Positions 9,869-19,958 of a DNA stretch of 64,000 nt are shown piece by piece. The translations under genes and the position numbers were made by a program. The number at the start of each line of letters is the position of its first letter. Position 1 is the first letter of the stretch. Origin of the DNA: Candidatus Enterousia sp. (GTDB taxonomy: Bacteria > Pseudomonadota > Alphaproteobacteria > Rs-D84); contig JAZLDI010000021.1 of the NCBI GenBank assembly GCA_045614665.1, forward strand, positions 20,108 to 84,107, given 5' to 3'. A model generated the notes under the pieces. It was not told the DNA's origin. It searched no databases and saw only the letters and a list, made by a program, of their open reading frames with translations.

Positions 9869-11084
9869 ATTCATATCTAAGACTGTCAATTGGGTTTAGT
9901 TTAGCTGCCTTCATTGCCGGCATAACCCCCGACGCCAGGCCCACCACAACCGCAACCGATACCGATAATACAACTGGCCAAATACTAAATGGAACATTAT
10001 ACCCCAGTATTCCGCGCCCTACCCCCTGGGACAAACCAACGCCAATTATCAATCCAATCATAGACCCCAGGAAAGAAATCATAATTGATTCTGCCAGGAA
10101 CTGGATAATAATATGACGTTCACGGGCACCAATTGCCTTGCGGATACCAATCTCGCGCGTGCGTTCCGCAACCGACACCAGCATCATATTCATAATACCA
10201 ATCGCGCCAACCAATAATGATACCGCCGCAATTGCAATCAACAGCAATTTCATATAACCAGTCACGGTATTCATGGTTTCCATAATTTGTTTCATATCCA
10301 TAATTTGGAAATCATCCACCACATCGTCTTTTAATCTGTGACGTTGACGTAACAAGGTTGTAATTTGTTCAATCGCCAAAGCGTTATCAGATTCTGGATA
10401 AAGTTTAAGCGCAATCATATTAACCGAATTTGGAAACCTGGACCCCTGTAAGCGTTTTTTTAGGGTCGTAATTGGCACAATCACCATATCATCTTGGCTG
10501 CCCATGGCCGAATCTCCCTTGGCCTTTGTAACGCCTATGATTGTGACCGGAGTATTTTGGATACGAATAACCTCGCCCACAGGATTTTGTGGTAACCCCA
10601 GTTCCTCGGCCGTTTCTGGTCCAATAATGGCATAGGTTGACGCATTTCGCACCGCGGACATATCAAAGAATGTTCCATATTCCATTTCAATATTTTGCAC
10701 GGTCATATAGTCTGGGTACACCCCCATCATAGATGTGCCCCAGTTTTTATTTCCATAAATAACCTGGGCTGAACCAGGCTGAACCGGTGTAATCGCCATA
10801 ACATCTGGTAATTTTGCGATAAATTGTGCGTCGTCTATGGTTAATGTTTGACGATTTCCCGTACGCACACCTGCGCTTTGTGCGGCGCCTGCGCGAATCA
10901 TAATTGTATTTGTCCCCAGCGACGAAAACTGGTCTGTGATTTGATGCTGAACGGTTTCGCCAACCGCCACCATAATCACCACCGCCATAACCCCGATAAT
11001 AATCCCCAACACGGTCAGGAATGAACGGATTTTATTTCCACTGATGGACAACCAAGATTCTTTTAGAATGTCATTTATGCTCAT
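9867..11084 (-). CDS. ABC transporter permease, FtsX/MacB-LolCE family
   Basis: N-terminal TM, large periplasmic domain, C-terminal 3-TM FtsX domain. 405 aa, the size of LolC/E or DevC-type permeases. Confidence 0.8.
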   Translation of the reverse strand: MSINDILKESWLSISGNKIRSFLTVLGIIIGVMAVVIMVAVGETVQHQITDQFSSLGTNTIMIRAGAAQSAGVRTGNRQTLTIDDAQFIAKLPDVMAITPVQPGSAQVIYGNKNWGTSMMGVYPDYMTVQNIEMEYGTFFDMSAVRNASTYAIIGPETAEELGLPQNPVGEVIRIQNTPVTIIGVTKAKGDSAMGSQDDMVIVPITTLKKRLQGSRFPNSVNMIALKLYPESDNALAIEQITTLLRQRHRLKDDVVDDFQIMDMKQIMETMNTVTGYMKLLLIAIAAVSLLVGAIGIMNMMLVSVAERTREIGIRKAIGARERHIIIQFLAESIMISFLGSMIGLIIGVGLSQGVGRGILGYNVPFSIWPVVLSVSVAVVVGLASGVMPAMKAAKLNPIDSLRYE

Positions 11085-11104
11085 ATTTGCGCCCTGCCCC
11101 GATA

Positions 11105-11827
11105 TTATAAGTTGTTGTCGTTCTTTGGGATTTTTCCGTCATAGTTTATCTTTCCATCACGAATGTGAATCAGTCTGTCTGCATATTTTGCAATATCAAA
11201 TTCGTGTGTAATCATAACAATAGTAATCCCCAGGTCTTTGTTTAATTCCTTGAAGAATTTCAATATTTCATTACCCATTTTACTGTCTAGCGCGCCTGTC
11301 GGCTCGTCCGCCAGGATTAACTTTGGTTCGCCCGCCAATGCGCGTGCAATCGCGACGCGTTGCTTCATACCACCCGATAATTGTGTTGGTAAATAAGATG
11401 CAAAGTTTTCCAGTCCCACACGCTTTAACATTTCGCGCGCACGCCGTTCGCGTTCTTCGTGTGTCATACCGCGATACATCAGTGGCAACATTACATTGTC
11501 CAATACACTGCGCTTTGGTAATAAATTAAACTGTTGAAAAACAAAGCCAATATATTCATTTCGCACCAATGCTAATTCATCCGTACTTAATCCAGTCACA
11601 TCATTGCCATACAGTTCGTACACCCCACTGGTCGGTGTATCCAGCGCGCCAATGATATTCATACAGGTTGATTTCCCAGATCCAGACGGCCCCATAATCG
11701 CAACAAATTCACCGGCCTTGACCGTGAAATTGATGTCGAATAAAACCTGTTGCTCGCCCCCCAGTTCCAGTGGGAAACTTTTGTTAATGTCTTTCAGCGA
11801 AATGATAATCTCGGATGATTTTTTCAT
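11105..11827 (-). CDS. ABC transporter ATP-binding protein (LolD/MacB-type ATPase)
   Basis: Walker A GPSGSGKST, ABC signature LSGGMKQRVAIARAL, Walker B ILADEPTGALD. 240 aa. Confidence 0.85.
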   Translation of the reverse strand: MKKSSEIIISLKDINKSFPLELGGEQQVLFDINFTVKAGEFVAIMGPSGSGKSTCMNIIGALDTPTSGVYELYGNDVTGLSTDELALVRNEYIGFVFQQFNLLPKRSVLDNVMLPLMYRGMTHEERERRAREMLKRVGLENFASYLPTQLSGGMKQRVAIARALAGEPKLILADEPTGALDSKMGNEILKFFKELNKDLGITIVMITHEFDIAKYADRLIHIRDGKINYDGKIPKNDNNL

Positions 11828-11938
11828 AACTCTCTGTCCCTGTGTTTCTTGTATATTATATCATAAAAAAACAAAGCAGATAAATTGATTTATATACTAA
11901 TTGACAAATAAGTATTTGGTGATAAAATAATAAGTATT

Positions 11939-12949
11939 ATGTCAAAGATAAAACAGTATTTAGAATATGCAATTGACCGGCTTTTACCGGTGGGTGTGCC
12001 TGTGCGTAAATTGCCATATGTTATGATTTTCAAGACTACGCATTGGTGCTGGTACAATTGTCCGCATTGTTGTGAGTCTGCGGGCAAAAATCGTCCGGCT
12101 GAATTTATTCCGGCCGATGTTATAAAATTTTATACGGATTCCGCCAAGCCAGACCCAAAATTTACAGATGAAATAGTCTTGACTGGTGGCGAAATAATGG
12201 CATCTTATAAATTTGATATGCCGTATTATGTTCCTGATTTGGTAAACTATATCGCAGAACGTGGGATTAGTCTGGATATAAAAACAAATGGCGCGTGGAT
12301 TCGTAATAAAGACTTGCGTACCAAAATTGTCCCAGATTTAATCAATATGAATGAACGTTGTTCGGGGTACCGCCGTTTGCCGTATCAATTATCTTTGTCG
12401 TTGGATAAATACCATCCAAATGCGCTGGAAAACACATATGAAATAATCTGTGAATTGGCGCGCCGCAATAAAAACAAGCCAACGATTTTGGTTCATATAT
12501 CTGGCTTTATGGGGCAAGATGCTCTTTATAAAGAACTGCTGGCTAAACTATTAGCTACTCGAAACACAAGAATCGAAGACGCCTATATTATGGCAAAGTC
12601 TGGAAACGCGATACCGTTGCACGTTATTAATCGGTGTGTGGCCCTGCGTCCATCATTTGATGCGTTACTTTTTGCCGGTGGTCGCGCCCAGAATTTACCA
12701 GAGGCATTTCACAGTGCTAATCCAACATTTGAAATAATAAATGATGACGCGAACGTTTTGATGGCGTTTGATGCCGCAGGTAATGTGACACTGGGTGAAA
12801 ATTCCGGTCGCAAGATAACGGTACCATGGCGTGACAAGGATGGAAATCCCCGGGATTTGCCGGCAATTAGACACGATTTAGTGCAACGGGCCCGATACGA
12901 ACAATTGCGCCAATATGTGATAAATTTAAAGAAAATTTTTGTTAAATAA
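11939..12949 (+). CDS. radical SAM domain protein of unknown function
   Basis: CxxxCxxC motif (CWYNCPHCC) near the N-terminus and a TGGE-like glycine-rich motif. No C-terminal SPASM cysteine cluster. Divergent from the ABC exporter. Confidence 0.65.
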   Translation: MSKIKQYLEYAIDRLLPVGVPVRKLPYVMIFKTTHWCWYNCPHCCESAGKNRPAEFIPADVIKFYTDSAKPDPKFTDEIVLTGGEIMASYKFDMPYYVPDLVNYIAERGISLDIKTNGAWIRNKDLRTKIVPDLINMNERCSGYRRLPYQLSLSLDKYHPNALENTYEIICELARRNKNKPTILVHISGFMGQDALYKELLAKLLATRNTRIEDAYIMAKSGNAIPLHVINRCVALRPSFDALLFAGGRAQNLPEAFHSANPTFEIINDDANVLMAFDAAGNVTLGENSGRKITVPWRDKDGNPRDLPAIRHDLVQRARYEQLRQYVINLKKIFVK

Positions 12950-12953
12950 AATA

Positions 12954-12983
12954 TAAAAAAAGCCGGCATTTGCCGGTCTTTTT
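12954..12983. terminator. rho-independent terminator (bidirectional; radical SAM gene / parB)
   Basis: aaaaaaagccggcatttgccggtcttttt. Confidence 0.6.
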
Positions 12984-13860
12984 ATGACAGTTTTTTTATC
13001 AATTCTTCCAGTTGGATTCGCGTTGCGAACGAAATAACAATCTGCCCCGCCCCGCCCCGGCGTTCGATGATTTTTGCCGGTGCGCCAATGTTTTTTGTGA
13101 CATTTGATTCCATCTCGCGAACAATTTTTGGATCGATTGTTTTGGATATTTTTTCCCGGCTTTTTCCGGCTTTTTTGCCATTGTTTACCATGCGTTGAGT
13201 GTCGGCCACAGAAATCTTTTCGCTTATAATTTTATGCGCTAAATCTTCTGGATTATCGGCAACTGCAATTGTGCGTGCGTGTGATGCGGATATTTCCCCG
13301 GATGCAACCAATGTCTTTACAGATTCTGGCAGGTTGTTAATGCGCATAATATTGCGAATATAGCTTTCTGATTTACCAATTAAACGTACGACATCACCCA
13401 ATTCATATCCACACTCTGTCATCAGGTTTTTGTAAGCATCGGCCTCTTCTATTGGGTTCAAGTTTTCGCGCTGAACATTTTCAATCAGCGCAATTTCCAT
13501 TGCGTTTTCGTTGCTTAATGTTTTTACCAATGCGGGAATTTCGTTCAGGCCCGCCAATTTACTGGCGCGGTATCTGCGTTCGCCGGCAACGATTTCATAC
13601 ATATATGGGCGCCCCGTAACCGTACGTAACAGGATTGGTTGTAATACACCTTTTTCGCGAATCGATGCCGCCAAATCATTCAGTTCGTCGTCATTAAACG
13701 TTTTGCGTGGCTGGTCGGGATTTGCACCAATTTGTGCCAACGGGATTTGTTTTACAACAACGCGTTCTGCGCCCGTTAAAACGGATATGTCTGGGATTGC
13801 ACCTTTGGCCATTTGTAAATCTGCTAATCCGCGTCCTAATCCAAACTTATTTGTCGCCAT
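12982..13860 (-). CDS. parB: chromosome partitioning protein ParB
   Basis: ParB/Spo0J N-terminal box (GERRYRASKLAG) and HTH. Overlaps parA. 292 aa. Confidence 0.9.
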   Translation of the reverse strand: MATNKFGLGRGLADLQMAKGAIPDISVLTGAERVVVKQIPLAQIGANPDQPRKTFNDDELNDLAASIREKGVLQPILLRTVTGRPYMYEIVAGERRYRASKLAGLNEIPALVKTLSNENAMEIALIENVQRENLNPIEEADAYKNLMTECGYELGDVVRLIGKSESYIRNIMRINNLPESVKTLVASGEISASHARTIAVADNPEDLAHKIISEKISVADTQRMVNNGKKAGKSREKISKTIDPKIVREMESNVTKNIGAPAKIIERRGGAGQIVISFATRIQLEELIKKLS

Positions 13861-14632
13861 TTTCGATTCCTTCGGTTCTTTGAATTACTTCGGTTGCAAC
13901 GCACAGGTACGCCTGGGCCCCGGGTGATTTAAAATCATAGAATAGGGCGGGTTTACCGTGGCTGGGGGCCTCGGATACGCGAACATTACGTGGTACAACG
14001 GTTTTAAATACGGTATCACCAAATGCCTTGCGTACGTCTTCTTCGACCGCACGTGTCAGACCATATTGTTTCGCATACATTGTTAACAAAACGCCCAAAA
14101 TTTCCAGGTTCGGATTCCATTTTTGACGCACTGCGGCGATTGTGTCTGTTAATTGGGTTAATCCTTCCAGTGCGTAAAATTCGCATTGTAGCGGGATTAT
14201 AACCGCATTTGCGGCAGTTAAAGCGTTAACGGTCAAATAACCTAGTGCCGGTGGACAATCGATAAGAATATAATCGTAATGTTCTGCGATTGTGTTTATT
14301 GCATCACGCAGACGAAATTCTGGATTTTCCATCCCTAATAAATCAATTTCCAAGCCGGCCAATGCCTGGGAAGAGGGCAATAAATGCAATCCTGGGACCG
14401 CGGTCGATAATATATTGTCTGCGATATTTGCTGTACCCATAATAACGCCATATGCGCTTTGGCGATGGTCGGCACGAACAAATCCCAACCCTGTGCCGGC
14501 ATTTCCCTGGGGGTCCAGGTCGATTAACAAGACTCGGCGCTTGATAGCCGCCAAAGAAGAGCCAATGTTAATTGCGGTTGTTGTTTTACCAACACCGCCT
14601 TTCTGATTTGCAAATGCGATAATTTGAACCAT
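13847..14632 (-). CDS. parA: chromosome partitioning ATPase ParA
   Basis: Deviant Walker A KGGVGKTT. 261 aa. Upstream of parB. Confidence 0.9.
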   Translation of the reverse strand: MVQIIAFANQKGGVGKTTTAINIGSSLAAIKRRVLLIDLDPQGNAGTGLGFVRADHRQSAYGVIMGTANIADNILSTAVPGLHLLPSSQALAGLEIDLLGMENPEFRLRDAINTIAEHYDYILIDCPPALGYLTVNALTAANAVIIPLQCEFYALEGLTQLTDTIAAVRQKWNPNLEILGVLLTMYAKQYGLTRAVEEDVRKAFGDTVFKTVVPRNVRVSEAPSHGKPALFYDFKSPGAQAYLCVATEVIQRTEGIENGDK

Positions 14633-14747
14633 TTTCTCTTTCCTAAGAATTTAATTTAACTTCTTTTAAAGATTATAAAAAACAGTCGATTCGGTCAAGG
14701 TATTAAATATGAATGTTAAAATGACGTATATTCAATAAATTATTTAT

Positions 14748-14763
14748 GATTTCATGTGAAATA
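14748..14763. promoter_or_regulatory. degenerate parS-like palindrome (gATTTCATGTGAAATa)
   Basis: Matches 12 of 16 positions of the parS consensus tGTTTCACGTGAAACa. In the intergenic region next to parAB. Confidence 0.3.
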
Positions 14764-14794
14764 GTCTGGTTGTTTCTTGAGTGTGAAAAATATG

Positions 14795-14823
14795 CGAAAA
14801 AGCCGGCGAATGCCGGCAAAGGT
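14795..14823 (-). terminator. rho-independent terminator downstream of rsmG
   Basis: The minus strand reads cctttgccggcattcgccggcttttt. Confidence 0.55.
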
Positions 14824-14856
14824 GCAAAAACGAACTTAAAACAATAAATTGTTAAT

Positions 14857-14872
14857 GGTTTCATATGAAATC
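14857..14872. promoter_or_regulatory. second parS-like palindrome (gGTTTCATATGAAATc) overlapping the rsmG stop
   Basis: Perfect 12-bp palindrome TTTCATATGAAA. Shares a GATTTCAT(G/A)TGAAAT core with site 1. Confidence 0.3.
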
Positions 14873-15431
14873 ACCGGTCAAAACGCACCGAAATGATAAA
14901 ACCATCGCCTGTTTTAGACGGTGTTAGGTCATAATTAAATTTATATTTGCGTTTCGCATCGTTAATTTCGGATTCTATTTCCCGGCCTTTTAATAGAAAA
15001 AGCCGGTATTTTGTATGCGCAACATAGTCCATGATTTTGGTTAGTGAAGCAAATGCGCGTGCGGTGAATGCAAAATTGTGTGAATTTGCCGGCATTTGCC
15101 GGACAAAATCTTCCAGTCTACCGTGATAAATTTCAAGATTGTCTAGTCCTAGTTCGTCTTTTACAGCGCGCAAGAATGAAACTTTTTTCCCGATTGACTC
15201 AACGCATGTTACATTCCAACCTAAAATTGCCAATACGACGGCCGGAAAACCTGCGCCACTGCCCATATCTATAATGTTTACATTCTGTGGCAGGACGTCC
15301 GCCAATTGTGCGGAATCGGCAATATGACGTGTTTGTATGTCATTTAGTGTGCTGGGTGCAACAAGATTCATGCGTGTTGACCATTCGCGCAGCAGCTTTT
15401 CGTATCGTTCAAATTTGACTTTATTGCTCAT
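14871..15431 (-). CDS. rsmG: 16S rRNA (guanine527-N7)-methyltransferase RsmG (GidB)
   Basis: SAM-MTase motif DMGSGAGFP. 186 aa. Conserved position next to parA. Confidence 0.85.
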   Translation of the reverse strand: MSNKVKFERYEKLLREWSTRMNLVAPSTLNDIQTRHIADSAQLADVLPQNVNIIDMGSGAGFPAVVLAILGWNVTCVESIGKKVSFLRAVKDELGLDNLEIYHGRLEDFVRQMPANSHNFAFTARAFASLTKIMDYVAHTKYRLFLLKGREIESEINDAKRKYKFNYDLTPSKTGDGFIISVRFDR

Positions 15432-15452
15432 AAGCGGTATTCTAACACAATT

Positions 15453-17066
15453 ATGAGGAAAGTCGAAAAAATATTTATAGGTGTTGGTTTAATTGCGGTT
15501 GTTGCGGTTCTGAGTGGGATAATGTTTTCGCATATGGCAAAATATTCCGACCCCCCCCAGGCAACGTTTCCAACGACCCAGTACGGTGCTTTCTTAGCGG
15601 CCCAGCACGCAATTTACGTTAATGATTTTGAAAATGCAGCGCGTTTTTCGGATATCTTGACACATACCGAATACACAACTGTTCAGAATACAAAATTTTT
15701 ATCTGAATTTCTAAGTGGTAAAATGCCGTCTGATGCAAAACTTCTAAAGTCAGAGAAGGGCGCCGCAGCCAAGATAATTTATGACGCGTATCTTGTCACC
15801 CAAGACGATTGGAAGGCGTTTCATAATCGTCACAAAACGGATGAGTCCGCACTTTCTGCACCGTTTCGTATATGGTCTGCGATACCAAATGATTGGCGTA
15901 CAAACACGTTCAAGTTTATCGACCGGCTTTCAACTAACGATTCTTGGAAGGCGTTTGCTCGCGGTCAAATATATGCAGAACTGGGCAATATAGACCAAGC
16001 AAATATCGAATTTGCCAAGGTGCATCCAGATTTTATGAATTTAAATGATTATATGTACTTGATGTCGTTTTATAATCATTTCGAATTGTTCGAAGATGCG
16101 CGAATCTTGCACGATGATTTTGTTGCGCGTCCAGGCGGAATGTTTATGGCAGATTTTAATGATTTTCCAGCCTGGGAAACGTTTTCTGGGTATAAGAATC
16201 AACTGGCGTTCAATCTGGTACAAAGTGTGTCGCATACGCAAATTATGATGTATTCAGATTTGGCGATGCTGTTCTTGCGTTTTGCCGAGATAACCGCGCC
16301 AGATGCAAAAAACAGTGATGCTTTAAACTATTATTTGGGGCAATATTTTTATACAAACAGTGGTGATTATCAGGCTTGTTTTGATAAGATTTCTCCATCT
16401 TCGCCATTTAAATTATTTGCGGATTTACGCATCGCGGAACGAGATAGCGATGTACAGAAATTAATTTCTATTCTGGACAGGAATCCATTGTTTGTACCGG
16501 CAATAAATTCGGCGGTTTCGCGTTCTATTCAAAACGGCAATCGTCGTGATGCGTTGCGTGTTGTAAATCGTGCGTTGGAAGCGGATAGTCTTGGCGAAAT
16601 AGGGCGTTCGTTTTTATACAAGACGCGTGCCCAGATAAATTACGCATTTGGAAAATATAACGATGCGCAATCTGATTTACATGCAGCATCTCGTACGTTG
16701 GGGGCGGATGCGGATATTTTATCTTTACAAGCGAAAATTTGGGCGGCCCAGGACCGTGAAATTGAAAACGCATATGATTATGCGATGGGGCTGGTTCGTC
16801 AAAATCCATCAGATGTGTTTGCGTGGGACACTCTGGGGCGGGTTGTTGCCACGCGCGAGGGGGCTGATGCTGCTCTGGAATTATTATCCCGGGTAGGCGA
16901 GGTATCAAACACCTGTTCATCATTATTTGACATTATGGGTGATTTATATGAACGGGTTGGGGACTGTGACCGTGCGCGCGATGCTTATAATCGCGCAATT
17001 GAATTATCTGATGACGGTATGGTTGTTGTTCCCGAAATTCAAAGAAAACTAAGGAATCTAAAATGA
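15453..17066 (+). CDS. TPR-repeat protein with N-terminal membrane anchor
   Basis: N-terminal TM (IFIGVGLIAVVAVLSGIMF). Helical repeat-rich, with C-terminal TPR-like repeats. Overlaps the gpsA start. Confidence 0.55.
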   Translation: MRKVEKIFIGVGLIAVVAVLSGIMFSHMAKYSDPPQATFPTTQYGAFLAAQHAIYVNDFENAARFSDILTHTEYTTVQNTKFLSEFLSGKMPSDAKLLKSEKGAAAKIIYDAYLVTQDDWKAFHNRHKTDESALSAPFRIWSAIPNDWRTNTFKFIDRLSTNDSWKAFARGQIYAELGNIDQANIEFAKVHPDFMNLNDYMYLMSFYNHFELFEDARILHDDFVARPGGMFMADFNDFPAWETFSGYKNQLAFNLVQSVSHTQIMMYSDLAMLFLRFAEITAPDAKNSDALNYYLGQYFYTNSGDYQACFDKISPSSPFKLFADLRIAERDSDVQKLISILDRNPLFVPAINSAVSRSIQNGNRRDALRVVNRALEADSLGEIGRSFLYKTRAQINYAFGKYNDAQSDLHAASRTLGADADILSLQAKIWAAQDREIENAYDYAMGLVRQNPSDVFAWDTLGRVVATREGADAALELLSRVGEVSNTCSSLFDIMGDLYERVGDCDRARDAYNRAIELSDDGMVVVPEIQRKLRNLK

Positions 17067-17926
17067 AAGTATCTGTAATTGGGGCAGGGGCCTGGGGCAC
17101 TGCATTGGCGATTGCTGTTGCGCGTGGTGGCGCAGATGTCGTTTTATGGTCTTATGATTGTGAATACAAGCATTTTGAAGGTGTTGAAATGCCGTCTAAT
17201 ATAACCGTTACACCAGATATGGAGCAAATGCGTGACAGCGAGGCGTGGTTGATTGTGACACCGGCGGCTTTTTTCAGGGAAACTCTGCGTAAAGCGCGCG
17301 ATTTTTATGCTGGCCAACCAATGATTATTTGTACCAAGGGTGCTGAAAGTTCTACTGGTGCATTTACATCTGAAATGTTACGTGACGAATTGCCGGAATG
17401 TGAATCTTTTGGGGTGTTGTCTGGTCCACAATTCGCCGCCGAGGTTGCCCAAGGTATCCCCACAGGTTCAACCCTAGCTGGCAGTGATGCGGTTGTAAGT
17501 ATTGGTAAGCAAATCTTGAATCAATTGTATATAGAAACCAGCGATGACATCATCGGCACAGAATTATGCGGTATGGGCAAGAATGCGGTCGCATTGATTT
17601 GCGGTTATAATTCTGTTGCATGCCGTGGTGAAAACGATCGTGCAATGCTGTTTACACGCGCCTGGAACGAGGTGGTGGATTTAGGAATTGCATCGGGGGC
17701 ACAAACCCGTACGTTTTTACGTCTGTGCGGAATAGGGGACTTATTCCTATCTGCGACATCTCCAACCAGTCGTAATTATTCGGGGGGCGCGGCAATTGCT
17801 CGTGGTTTGCCACCCGCTGGCACGGTTGAAGGTTTGTTTGCCCTGGGCGGATTGATTGCGCGTGCGCGTGCATTGAATGTGCCGACCCCTGTGTTATGTG
17901 AAATGCGTGAAAAAATGGGTTTGTAA
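17063..17926 (+). CDS. gpsA: NAD(P)H-dependent glycerol-3-phosphate dehydrogenase
   Basis: N-terminal Rossmann MKVSVIGAGAWGTALA and a GpsA-type catalytic core. 287 aa, shorter than typical. Confidence 0.75.
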   Translation: MKVSVIGAGAWGTALAIAVARGGADVVLWSYDCEYKHFEGVEMPSNITVTPDMEQMRDSEAWLIVTPAAFFRETLRKARDFYAGQPMIICTKGAESSTGAFTSEMLRDELPECESFGVLSGPQFAAEVAQGIPTGSTLAGSDAVVSIGKQILNQLYIETSDDIIGTELCGMGKNAVALICGYNSVACRGENDRAMLFTRAWNEVVDLGIASGAQTRTFLRLCGIGDLFLSATSPTSRNYSGGAAIARGLPPAGTVEGLFALGGLIARARALNVPTPVLCEMREKMGL

Positions 17927-17927
17927 T

Positions 17928-17955
17928 AAAAATCCCGGCAAACGCCGGGTTTTTT
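17928..17955. terminator. rho-independent terminator (bidirectional; gpsA / der)
   Basis: aaaaatcccggcaaacgccgggtttttt. Confidence 0.55.
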
Positions 17956-17962
17956 ATCTATG

Positions 17963-19333
17963 TCAGTCGAATGGATTATCAGATTTTTCATATTCAATTA
18001 CAATGGGCAGGTGTTCCCACTTTAAAGCCGTCGCAATTCCACGACGTAAATACCGTGTATAAGATTCTGGGATATCAGACGCCCCACCGACATTTATCGT
18101 TATGCGCATTGGATGACGGCCCGTTTGACGTGCGAATTTAATCTTCATTGGGCGTTTTAATCGCGACATAGGTGGCTGACGCTCTGCAACCAGTTTTTCG
18201 ACAATTCGGTTTATCAGACTGGTCGGGGCCTGGGCTGATGAAATATCCCATTGTTCATAAACGCGCTTGAACAGGTTTTGAACACCACTGCCTGTTTCCG
18301 CAGATATCGCCAGGATTAACGGCTTTATAATCTGATGGAAAGAATTTGAAAACTGATGCTTTAATTTTAATAATTTTTCATCACGTTCCGCTGGCTCTAT
18401 TAAATCCCACTTGTTTAACGCAACACATAATATTTTACCCGCATCATAAACACGTCCAGCAATCCCCAATGCCTGGTTTTCAATATTTTTTGTTGCATCA
18501 ACAACCAAGATTACAACGTCTGATTTGCCAATCGCATCCAGGGATTTTAATGCGGACAGCGTTTCAACGTCATCTTTGACACCCGCCTTGCGACGCAGCC
18601 CCGCCGTATCCATCAAAACAATATCACGGCCATAGAATTTTGTTGGAATTTTTACCGTGTCACGCGTAATGCCTGGTGCGTCCATAACAATCTGACGCGT
18701 GGTACCCAATACACGATTAACCAGCGTTGATTTACCAACATTGGGTTGACCCATAATCGCGATTTTTACACGCGTGTCGGCCGCTTTTACCGGGATTGGT
18801 GCATCGGCCGCATCCCCCGCAATCTTGTCCAGAAAATCATATATTGCATCAAAACCACGCTTGTGTTCTGCTGAAATCATTTGTGGTTCGCCAAAGCCCA
18901 ACTTGTAGAAATCGTGAACATCCGCCATACGTTTACCGGATTCTGATTTGTTGACTAATAATAATACGGGGGCCTTTGTCTTGCGACGAACCAGGCGCGC
19001 CCAGTCCAAATCTTCGTTTGTCAGTCCTACGCGCCCATCGACAACGAATAATACCGCGTCGGCCGCGCATATTGCGTCAATTGCCATATTTGTTGAATCC
19101 AACGCGATACCATTTTTTGCATTTTCCAGGCCCGCCGTATCCATCAGTTTATATGGACGGTCTGAAAACGTACCATCGATACAGTCGCGTGTAACCCCGG
19201 GGCGATCATGCACCAGTGCATCACGTGTTCCCGTCAGGGCGTTAAATAATGTGGACTTGCCCGTGTTGGGACGTCCGGCTATGGTTACTTTTAACATCAC
19301 TTTTTCCATTGATTTTTTGTAATTATAAAGCAA
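17963..19333 (-). CDS. der: ribosome-associated GTPase Der (EngA)
   Basis: Two tandem GTPase domains (GRPNTGKST and GQPNVGKST) plus a KH-like C-terminus. The true start is probably the internal Met at 19297. Confidence 0.9.
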   Translation of the reverse strand: MLYNYKKSMEKVMLKVTIAGRPNTGKSTLFNALTGTRDALVHDRPGVTRDCIDGTFSDRPYKLMDTAGLENAKNGIALDSTNMAIDAICAADAVLFVVDGRVGLTNEDLDWARLVRRKTKAPVLLLVNKSESGKRMADVHDFYKLGFGEPQMISAEHKRGFDAIYDFLDKIAGDAADAPIPVKAADTRVKIAIMGQPNVGKSTLVNRVLGTTRQIVMDAPGITRDTVKIPTKFYGRDIVLMDTAGLRRKAGVKDDVETLSALKSLDAIGKSDVVILVVDATKNIENQALGIAGRVYDAGKILCVALNKWDLIEPAERDEKLLKLKHQFSNSFHQIIKPLILAISAETGSGVQNLFKRVYEQWDISSAQAPTSLINRIVEKLVAERQPPMSRLKRPMKIKFARQTGRHPMRITINVGGASDIPESYTRYLRRGIATALKWEHLPIVIEYEKSDNPFD

Positions 19334-19364
19334 AAATATAAATAATCAAATCTGGGGGTACAAA

Positions 19365-19958
19365 ATGATAAAAAAGTTCAAGCGCGCAATAAAACACGTT
19401 CGTGATGTAGTTATAAATCCTCGCCGCTTTTTTACAAAGATTGTTGCCGACGGCAATATGGAAGAAGCTATGTTCAAGGCTTTTCTTTGGGGATTGCTGG
19501 GCGGATTATTGGTTTTTGGCATTAATATGTTGACTGGCGCATCGTTTACAGTTGGCGCATTGTTCAGTGCTTTGATTGTCGCCCCGGTTATGGCGGTTGG
19601 TGTATTGTTTGTTATGGGTGGATTATTGATGCTGGTGTCTGAAATCACGGGTGGCGAACGTGATTGGGAAATCGCGATAAAGGCATTGGCGTCTGTATTC
19701 TTTATGTATCCGGTGATATTGGGTGTTAATGCGCTGGCATTTAATTGTACATCATTATGGATTATCAGTATCCTGGTAGATGTTTATATTTTATTTTTGT
19801 TTTATAATATTGCGCTTTATGCAATGCGCGGCAATCGTGCCAATGTTGCGATGGTGATTGCAATAATCGCGATGTTTTTGGTAACCGTATACGCCACAGA
19901 TTATCGAATGGGGTGGTTTGTGCTTAAAAACAACAGTGCGGCATTCGCGTGTTTATAA
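19365..19958 (+). CDS. Yip1-like multi-pass membrane protein
   Basis: Five predicted TM helices, no catalytic motifs. 197 aa. Confidence 0.45.
   Translation: MIKKFKRAIKHVRDVVINPRRFFTKIVADGNMEEAMFKAFLWGLLGGLLVFGINMLTGASFTVGALFSALIVAPVMAVGVLFVMGGLLMLVSEITGGERDWEIAIKALASVFFMYPVILGVNALAFNCTSLWIISILVDVYILFLFYNIALYAMRGNRANVAMVIAIIAMFLVTVYATDYRMGWFVLKNNSAAFACL

Noticed and set aside
15088-15102. GCCGGCATTTGCCGG palindrome inside rsmG as a possible IS remnant or frameshift site
   Set aside because: The rsmG reading frame is continuous through it (…FVRQMPANSHNF…) and the protein motifs are intact. It is more likely a chance or REP-like occurrence. It is mentioned under the terminator-family finding only.
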